DNA from: Octopus vulgaris
Taxonomy: Eukaryota
Direction: 5' to 3'
NCBI GenBank assembly: GCA_951406725.2
Contig: OX597814.1
Span: 11,408,001 to 11,472,000 of the forward strand
DNA: 64,000 nucleotides
Below are positions 54,809 to 64,000 of this stretch, piece by piece. Every line of letters starts with the position of its first letter. Position 1 is the first letter of the stretch. The notes beneath the pieces are model-generated. The model saw only the letters and a list, made by a program, of their open reading frames with translations, was not told the origin of the DNA and did no database searches. Position numbers and translations under genes: made by a program.

Positions 54809-55639
54809 GATGATAATGATTATGAGGAGGAGGAAGAGGAGGAGGAGAAGGCGGAGGAGGAGGAGGATTAACGCCAAGTCTATTCAGTTCGGGCAGATCA
54901 ATTATCGAAAACGCTCCAATCGTAACGATTCCATATTATGTTCAGATATGGCTTAACCTAGCAAATTCTAATTTTTAAGACGTCAGAATGTGATTTAAAA
55001 ATTATTCGGCTGTTATTTCTAGAAGGTCTAGAGAATGCGTAGAGCTTTCTTCGTTGGCTCAAATCGATTAAGTTTGGAAAAAACAGAGACTATGCAGATA
55101 AATGTACAAAGAAGTAGATGTGAAAGGGAGATTGTGAGCTACGACACGAAGAAAGAGGTGTGGGTGGCACCAAAGAATGAAGATGTTGAGATATGCAGTA
55201 ACAGAGGCGGAATGAGGGAGCGGTGGACAAGGATTTTAGACATTGCAATGAAGGTCCGTAGTGTGGGAACAGAGAATGGGAGGAGAAAGCAATATTATAA
55301 TGAACGACAACAGAAAGTGTGAAAGTAGGGGCAAAAACTGTGTACGCGCGCGTGTATGTGTGAGTGTCTGAGAAAGAGAGAGTCGGTTTCTAGCCTAGAT
55401 TCAAAGCTCCTTCATTGAAATTTTAAACACCCACAAGATTTGCGCATACTTAAGTGCATATTTGAGTGCATATGCAGGCTTGTCGAGTTTTTGTATGTAT
55501 TCTCATGCAAATTGTTGCTAAACTCAAATGCCAAACTTTTGACAATTTTTACAAATTTTGACAGTTTCATTACTGCCTTGTACGTATCTAAATTAGCTTT
55601 TTCTTTTCTAATTTTGAGAAGCCAAATTTTTCAAAATTG

Positions 55640-56290
55640 GTTCTGAGGCAGTTTGTTACATATCCTAGTGCCACAATAATTACAGATATAAATCTAGACT
55701 TATAATCTGGTGGGGAATAGCTGTAAATTCTTCAATATTTCGGCGTAGGTATTTTCATTTACACCGATCTTTTAGTTTTATGTTGACATCCGCTGATTTC
55801 CGCTACTGTACATATTTTTTCTTCTCGTCCCAAAGAACTATATCTGGTCTATTTTGTTTGCATTTTACAGATATTTTCACTGGGATGTCCCACCAGTACT
55901 CTTTCATATTACGAGTGGCTATGGCCTCTACCATACTGTGGATTCTTATCTCTTTGGTTTCAAGATTATCTGTCTGACGGATCTCAATGTAATGCTTTGG
56001 CTGCATCTTGTCTCATTGGTAAATAATGCAATAACATTTTTGGGCATCTGCTTACCATGTGCGCGATATCTTCAGCGATAACTCTACAAAGTCCGCATCG
56101 GTTATCATATTTTGGTGCTATTCTTATGTCTCTGACCCTCTTGTGCACCAGGAATTTGGTAACACTTTCTTCTTCCAGGATTGCAAGCGCTTATCCTTCA
56201 AAGTGAGAGTTAATGATCCGATTGTTGGTCCACGATAGATTGGTTTGCTTATCGATGTTACTGACATCTTGGATCTTACTGTTAACATAT
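55640..56290 (-). pseudogene. Degenerate R4/Dong-like RLE fragment (different lineage from 18648)
   Basis: EYWWDIPVKISVKCKQNRPDIVLWDEKKK, upstream QEESVTK and YRAH motifs. Confidence 0.7.
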
Positions 56291-56949
56291 CTATGCATGG
56301 TCTTCCGTCTGTATGCATGTATGTATGTTCGTATGTATTTCTGTATGCATATATATACATACCCATACCATATTCACATTATATACAGATAGACGGACAG
56401 AAAGACAGACAGACAGACAGATAGATAGATAGATAGATACATACATACATACATACATACATACATACATACATACATACATACATACATACATACATAC
56501 ATACATACATAGACCAAAGACAAAAGCCTTCTTAGTAGGCCTGGCAGACGGAAACTGAAAAACGCCCGTCATACATATATATATATATAATTCACAGTCA
56601 CTAAACAATTACGAAAGGTGCAGGGAGCACCAGCATTGCTAGAAATAAGAGTCAAAGAAATCTTTAGCCACAGAAAGCACATTTAGTGATGGTGAAATAT
56701 TTTCTTTATGGTTTTGAATTGCGTTTAGCCACCTTAAATATTTTTTGTGTGTATGTGTGTGTGCGTGCGTGCGTGTGTGTGTTCACACTTATTTAAAACT
56801 TATTCAAAAAACAAGACACAAGCCACAGACAGGTGAGGAGAACAACAAACAATGTATATTAGTTTGACGCTGAAGGAAAATGGAAGGAACTTAGATGTTT
56901 TGAGCCTACGCTCTACATTCATATATGTGTGTGTATGTGTGTATGTATG

Positions 56950-58733
56950 ATTTGATTTTGATTTTGATTTTTCTAGTTTCAGCTAATGAGCTGTGGCCAT
57001 GCTGGGGCTCCGCCATTTGGTTTGCTACACGATTTTACCTCACGGATGCTTTTTAGCAAACGCCATCTGATGCTTTAGAGAGTTCGATACAGCTGCCCTC
57101 ATCTGCACCTCCTGCCGTGAAGTTGGTTCATCCGGGACACCTGACAGGAAGAGATCCAGTCCTACTTTAAAGACATCCGCATCTACACCATGCAGGTCTT
57201 TCAGGTTCTTCGGGAGGATATTGAAGAGCTGTGGGCCTCTGAAGCCCAGGCTGTCACAGTATCTTGTCCTACATCTTGATGGCAAATTTGGAGTCCTTGG
57301 TACTACGCAGTGGCGTCTGGTTCTGGCATTTGTGTGACTCTCGATGCCAAAGTTTGGGACATGTCCTTCCAGGATCTTCCAGATATATATTATGGCATAT
57401 CTTTCTCGCCTACGCTCCAGGGAATAGAGCTTTAATATCTTGAGTCTTTCCCAGTAGCTCATATGCTGCACAGAGGCTATCTTCTTCGTGTAGCTTCGTT
57501 GGATCGCCTCAAGTTCTGTGATCAACTTGACACTGGATGGTGACCATAGCTGAGAGCAATAGTCAAAGTGGTTTAGGACAAGTGTCTTCCAGAGGACCAT
57601 CATGGTTTCTTGTTCTCTTGTTCTAAAGGTTCTAAGAATCCAGCCAGCCAGCCGTCTACATTTCATTGTCAGTTTAGCAACATGTACATGAAAGGTTGCG
57701 TCATCACTCATGTGAATACCCAGGTCACGCACTGATTGTGCCTCTGGGATTGCAATCCCTCCGGGTCCAGTGTATTCATTGGGTATTGCATTCAGTTTTG
57801 CATGCTGATAGTATAAAGCTTGAAACTTTTCAGCATTGAACTGCATGCTATTCTTTTCAGCCTACTTGTATATTTCGTCCAGCTCACATTGCAGGTGCTT
57901 AGTGTCTTCAGGGTTCTGTATTGCCTGTGAAACTTTTGTATCATCTGCATAACTTGTGATCGTGGTTCTCTGCGTGGCTGAGGGCATGTCTGAGAGGGCC
58001 ATTATGAACAGTAGTGGTCCCAAAACAGTGCCCTGCGGAACACCGCTCACTATTTGCGTGTTAATGGAAGTGGCCCCATTGGCTGCTACCACCTGACTTC
58101 TATTCTTCAGAAAGTCATGAAGCCATTCTCCCAATTTTCCAACTATGCCAAGATCACGCAGTTTGTGACATATCATTCCGTGATCGACTTTATCAAAGGC
58201 CTTTGCAAAGTCGAGATATATGACTTCCACATTTGAGTGGTTGAGCAGTTGTTTCAGCACCCAGTCATAGTGTTGTAGGAGCTGAGTTAAGCAACTTCTT
58301 CCTGGTCGGAAACCATGTTGGGTGTCAGGCAGCAAGTCATTTTCTTCAAGGAAGGTGATTAGTTTCCCTCTGACTATTCGTTCCATGACCTTGCTGATGT
58401 GTGAGGTGAGAGAGATAGGTCTGTAGTTCTTGGCCTCCGCTCTGCTACCTCCTTTATGAATAGGGCATATTTTACCTTCCTTCAGTTTTCTTGGAAGTTT
58501 GCCAGCTGCAAGGAAGCTCTGAAAGAGGAACTGCAGTGGTCTTGCTAGGACTCTCTTACATACTTTTAGGAGGATTGCCGGGAATCCATCGGGGCCAATA
58601 GCTGAGTCTGTTTTCATTTCATCTATAGCCTTTATTGCATCGTCTTCCTTTATATCGATGTAATTTATCGTCGCCGCCTCTGATTTTATATCTGCAGTGG
58701 TAAAGAAGTCAGTTGGATTGGTGATTTGGAAAT
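56950..58733 (-). mobile_element. 5'-truncated CR1/L2-like LINE, RT region with a single in-frame stop
   Basis: GPDG, NYRPISLTS, QHGFRPGRSC, LDFAKAFDKVDH, GVPQGTVLGP, YADD, LYSLERRR; ORFs 57862-58791 and 57040-57846 are in frame across a TAG; (AAAATC)n tail. Confidence 0.93.
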
Positions 58734-59065
58734 GCATATATATACATATATACATGCATATATGTATATATATGAATATGTATATGTACATACATAATTA
58801 TACGCACATACGTACATATATATATGTGCATGTATGCATACATAGACACATACATATATGCACGTATGTACACACACATACATATATATATATGTATGTA
58901 TGTATGTACATATGCATATCCATATATATATATGAAGCCGATTTATTCAGCTAAAACCTTCAAGGCTGTCACCCAGCAGGGTTGCAGTTCAATAAGTGAA
59001 ACAAGCAAAAAGTAAGGCAGACATACATACACACAAGTGTATATATGTGTATGTGTGCATGCATA

Positions 59066-59133
<68 letters not shown>

Positions 59134-59150
59134 TATACATATATATATAT

Positions 59151-59200
59151 ACACACACTTTCATACATACATGTATGTATGAAAGTGTGTGTATATATAT

Positions 59201-59243
<43 letters not shown>

Positions 59244-59351
59244 TATATATATACACACACTTTCATACAATGGCGGTGCCACAGCATGGCCACAGCTCAT
59301 AAGCTGAAACTAGAATCAATCAATCAATCAATCATACATGTATGTATGAAA

Positions 59352-59359
<8 letters not shown>
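59151..59359. repeat. Duplicated 42-bp perfect palindrome, second copy interrupted by a 65-bp CR1/L2 3' tip
   Basis: 59151-59192 is self-complementary; second copy is split at 59268/59334 by AATGGCGGTGCC..GCTGAAACTAG(AATC)n. Confidence 0.85.
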
Positions 59360-59418
<59 letters not shown>

Positions 59419-59711
59419 TATATTTCATACATACATACATACATACATACATACATACATACATACATACATACATACATACATACATACATACATACAC
59501 ACACGCATATGTAAATACACACACATATATACGCAAATATATGTAACGTCTGTAAATCTTTTATTCTTAACCACAGACGCTTATCTTCTACTATACATTG
59601 CAATATAAATTTATATTTATATTCACAAATACACATACAAATATATATTTAACATACATACATTCCCACATACATATATATGCGTACACGTATATACACA
59701 CACACACACAC

Positions 59712-59778
<67 letters not shown>

Positions 59779-60517
59779 TCATATACGTACAGACATACTT
59801 ATGGCAGACAGACAGGCTTACATTTCTTATTTCAATATTATATTGGTTGCCCACTTCGTTTATTGTTGCTCTCCCATTCTGATTCATGCTCTGGTCGTAG
59901 CTCTTCTTTTGAATTTCTTAATTCACTCATTTAATTTGCTTGCTTCGTTAAATAAGTTGTAAAATGCTGATTCTCTATTCTATTCCTTTACCGTTTCGTT
60001 TCGTTTCTTTTTCTTTTTGTTTTTGTTTTATTTATTTCACTTGTTGGTTTCGTTCCGTTTGTATTTTGTTCTTGTATTTTTCAGTTTTGTTTTGTAATGG
60101 CCTATGACGATTATACGACTTGTTTCTGTAAAATAAATCTGTAGATTTATTAGCTGTACACTTCGGTGGGTGTATTATGTATGTATGCATGAATGTATGT
60201 ATGTATGTATGCATGTATGTATGTATGTATGTATGTATGTATGTATGTATGTATGTATGTGTGTGTGTATGTATGTACGGTGCGTATGAATTCATATATG
60301 AATGTAGGTAGGTAGGTAGGTAGGTAGGTAGGTAGGTAGGTAGGTGGATAGGTAGGTAGGTAGGTAGGTATGTACGTACGTACATACGTACCTTACCTAC
60401 GTATGTATGCTTGTTTTATATGTAGATATGAATATAGGTATTTCACCTTTTACATGCATGCATGTATGTTTGGGTATATATATCTGTGCGTGTGAATGCA
60501 TCTTCGTGTAGCTATAG

Positions 60518-60571
<54 letters not shown>

Positions 60572-60834
60572 TAGCGGGGGGGGGGTGTATACAAATATAT
60601 ATATAAATGTAAGTATGCCTTGTGTTGTGCAGGGGGAGGTTGTACAAAGAAATACTACACCAATAAGGTATTAAGATATGAATAAATGTATTATAAATGA
60701 ATGAATGGAAGAAAGAAGGAAAGGAGAAAAGAGAAGAAACATTCCAAAGTGTTTGATAACTCAGGCATTCGAAACATTACTACATACACACACACACTGT
60801 ATATACATTTATATATATATATACATATATAGAT

Positions 60835-60963
<129 letters not shown>

Positions 60964-61444
60964 TATGAACGTATATTTATATGTATACATGTATGTATAT
61001 TTAGACACAGATACACACACACACACATATATACGTATGTCTGTCTGTCTGGATGTATGTACGTAGTACGTATGTATGTATGTATGTATGTATGTATGTA
61101 TGTATGTATGTATGTATGTATGTATGTATGTATGTATGTATGTATGTGCGTGTGTGTGTGTTAACGAGAGGGAAAGCAAGGAGGAAGGAATACACTGAGG
61201 AAGGAAAGGGGCGCAAAACACGAAGAGATCAAACGGGGGTGGGAACCTCGCTTGCGAGACATGGACGATACGAAAGCAAACTATCCAAAGAATCAATGCT
61301 AAGTCAATCAAGTAAATATACATACATATTTATGTATGTATGCATGTATGTATGTATGTATGTATGTATGTACGTATATATGTATATACACACATACACA
61401 CATATGTACATATATATATTTATATATATATATAAATATATATA

Positions 61445-61490
<46 letters not shown>

Positions 61491-62009
61491 TGCATACATG
61501 TATGTACGTTTAATAACGTATCTGTTCACTTTTAACACGTTTCGACAGATGATTCGAACGTGCATATCTGATCGCAATTGTTTTGCATCATCCAGGCTCC
61601 CTTTATCGAATGTGTTATGACCACACATCTTCTAAAGAGAGGGCGATGTTCTCCGATGACGGCAAACAACAGCAATCAGATATTCACGTTCGAGTCTGCC
61701 GGAACGTACTAAAAATTAAAACATACGTATTTTTCACTAGTTTCCTTTAAAGGCAAGATCCTCCAATAAAAGAAAGGAAACGAACATAGTTTTGCTGATA
61801 GTATCGGAGTTAGTTCTCTGCTTCGTTGATTTTTAGATTTTAAACCCCTGTAAAGGATGTTGTTATTCTAATTACAGGTGTAGAAGTATCATTCACAGCT
61901 ATTCAAGTCTTTTGACACCCTGTATCACTGCATGTGTATGTATATGTATTTGTGTATATGCGTCTGTGTATATGCGTATGTGTGTGCGCATGCGTGTGTG
62001 TGTGATGTG

Positions 62010-62400
62010 AACTGGCAGAATCGTTATCACGCTGGGCGAAATGCGTAGCCGTATTTCGTCTGCCGTTACGTTCTGAGTTCAAATTCCGACGAAGTCGACT
62101 TTGCTTGTCATCCTTTCGGGGTCAATAAATTAAGTACCAGTTACACAATGGGGTTGATATAATCGACTTAATCCGTTTGTCTGTCCTTGTTTGTCCTCTC
62201 TGTGTTTAGCCCCTTGTGAGTAGTAAAGAAATAGGTATTTCGTCTGCCGCTACGTTCTGAGTTCAAATTCCGCCGAGGTCGACTTTGCCTTTGATCCTTT
62301 CGGGGTCGATTAAATAAGTACCAGTTACGCACTGGGGTCGATGTAATCGACTAAATCCCTTTGTCTGTCCTTGTTTGTCCCCTGTATGTTTAACCCCCTT
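62010..62400 (+). mobile_element. SINE array with Tx1-like tail
   Basis: Same head, core and tail as 20386-20805. Confidence 0.8.
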
Positions 62401-62423
62401 ATAAGGATATGTTTCTTTGTGTG

Positions 62424-62760
62424 AGGATGCATGGTCTAGTGGTTGGGGTTTTGCACTCACGACTGCGAGATCACCACCTGTTCAGTTCCTAGAACGGGTT
62501 TTCTTTGTGTTTTTGAGCAAACAACTTCATCTCACGTTGCTCTACAGTCACTTCGACATCTGACGCATGGTATACAATGAACCAGTTTAGGCAACGTCGA
62601 TTTAACGGAGGGAGTCAGCTAATATTTTAATAATTTAGAATTTTTCCATAAGAATGTGTGACATAAACATTTTTGTTTCACGATAAGCAAATCATTTGTG
62701 CAGATCGTTTGGCAAACGTTGATCGCTCATACGTCTTCGACGAGAGAGTCCTTCATATAC
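62424..62760 (+). mobile_element. Old tRNA-derived SINE (relative at 47530-47755)
   Basis: TGGTCTAGTGG A box, GTTCAGTTCC B box; shares CGTCGATTT..GGAG..AGCTAAT and AATCATTTGTGCAG with 47530-47755. Confidence 0.6.
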
Positions 62761-62777
62761 ATATGCTTATATACATA

Positions 62778-62945
62778 GGGAGAATTCACGAAAAAACAAA
62801 AGACGAAGACAGGTGTTGTAGAAAACAAACAGATGTATTAGTATAACGCTCGGGAATTGAAAAAGTCTTTAACGTTTCGAGCCTACGCTCTTCCACAGAA
62901 AGGAACACAGAAAGAAACAAGGAGAGAAATAAGGAAAGAAAAAAA
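62778..62945 (-). mobile_element. Solo Penelope-like terminal repeat with hammerhead-like motif
   Basis: Reverse complement of 41820-41985; a third degenerate copy at ~56800-56915. Confidence 0.65.
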
Positions 62946-63049
62946 CACACACACTTAAATACATATATATGTGTAAGTGGTAAGTGTGTGTGTGTGTGCT
63001 TTCACTGCCATGGTTTTGTTAAGCAGCGTCGATTTTTACAATTCTGTAA

Positions 63050-63265
63050 ATAATAGTATTTTATAAGCTTAAAGCTTATAAGCGACCACCGCGCCATGAC
63101 TAAAGAAAATTGTCTAATAATGGAGCGTATACGCCCTCGAATCCCACGCACACGGAAAAACCTATTTTTTTCTGTCGAGGGCTTATATGCCCCATTATTA
63201 GACAATTTTCTTTAGTCATGGCGCGGTGGTCGCTTATAAGCTTTAAGCTTATAAAATACTATTAT
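63050..63265. mobile_element. Near-perfect palindromic MITE-like element (~90-bp arms)
   Basis: 63050-63141 is the reverse complement of 63175-63265; right end abuts TA-rich repeat. Confidence 0.8.
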
Positions 63266-63310
63266 ATATTTATATATCTATATCTATCTATTTATATATT
63301 TATATATATC

Positions 63311-63379
<69 letters not shown>

Positions 63380-64000
63380 ATGTATGTGTGTGTGTGTGTG
63401 TGTACAATATGGAGGAAAATTTAAGGTTTCTATAGTTAAGTGTATGTTATATTTTCTATTTCTGCTTATTACACTCAGTACAGAATTGTTCTTCTCGGAT
63501 AGTATGACAAACTATTTACAGTTGACAGGAATGGAAGTCTTGAAGGATTTTTATGCTTTTGTCGGTTTTGTTTTGCTTTTGATTTTTCTTTTTTATTATT
63601 ATTTCAAATAAACTGAACTGATTTCGAACCGTGATTAAAAATCAAATTACAGATTTTGTATATGAATCCCTAATGGTGTCAGCTCACGCAGTAAAAACAA
63701 AAAAAAATGTCCGCTCAACATCTAATGGTCGATATAATCGGCTGTGCACCCCTCCTCACACACACACACCATCATATACACACATGGAATGTATGGCATT
63801 GTGAAAATGTTAAACATCGATATTAGCAGCTGTGCTCTAGCATGGCCACAGTCCAATGACTAAAAGAATGTATTAAAATAGTTTGTGGTGGTAGAGTGAT
63901 ATGGAAAAACTTTCTCTTTTTTTTTCTTTTTTTCTTTTTTTTTTTTTGACGAGGATAGGAAATTTATTTGTCATCCATGCCTATCCACAATGTGTTTAAC

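Noticed and set aside
54632-54956. Poly-V/D/E ORFs
   Set aside because: Compound GTT/GAT/GAG microsatellite
61540-61600. Hammerhead-like motif on the minus strand
   Set aside because: CGAAACGTG is present but there is no CUGANGA-like box at the right position

Overview
Repeat-dominated, AT-rich eukaryotic DNA with very dense microsatellites. The SINE and microsatellite content suggests an octopod cephalopod, but that is an inference. No host protein-coding gene is securely recognisable, and most six-frame ORFs are translated microsatellites. The centrepiece is an apparently intact ~5.9 kb Tx1-type (L1 group) LINE on the minus strand (32338-38230), with a CCHC-knuckle ORF1 and an APE-RT-CCHC ORF2. 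Three 5'-truncated relatives from diverged subfamilies are also present. All four copies sit inside (GATA)n arrays, in the same orientation and with matching junction phase, which points to a (GATA)n-specific retrotransposon. Variant repeat units reveal a ~70-bp target-site duplication around the full-length copy. An abundant tandem-forming SINE carries a 3' tail matching this Tx1 3' end. Other content: R4/Dong-like RLE LINE fragments (one embedded in (TAA)n), CR1/L2-like LINE fragments with partner SINE tails, Penelope-like remnants with hammerhead-like motifs, Tc1/mariner fossils, a non-autonomous Helitron, MITE-like palindromes, several fold-back inverted duplications and a 1.7 kb (GAAA)n tract.
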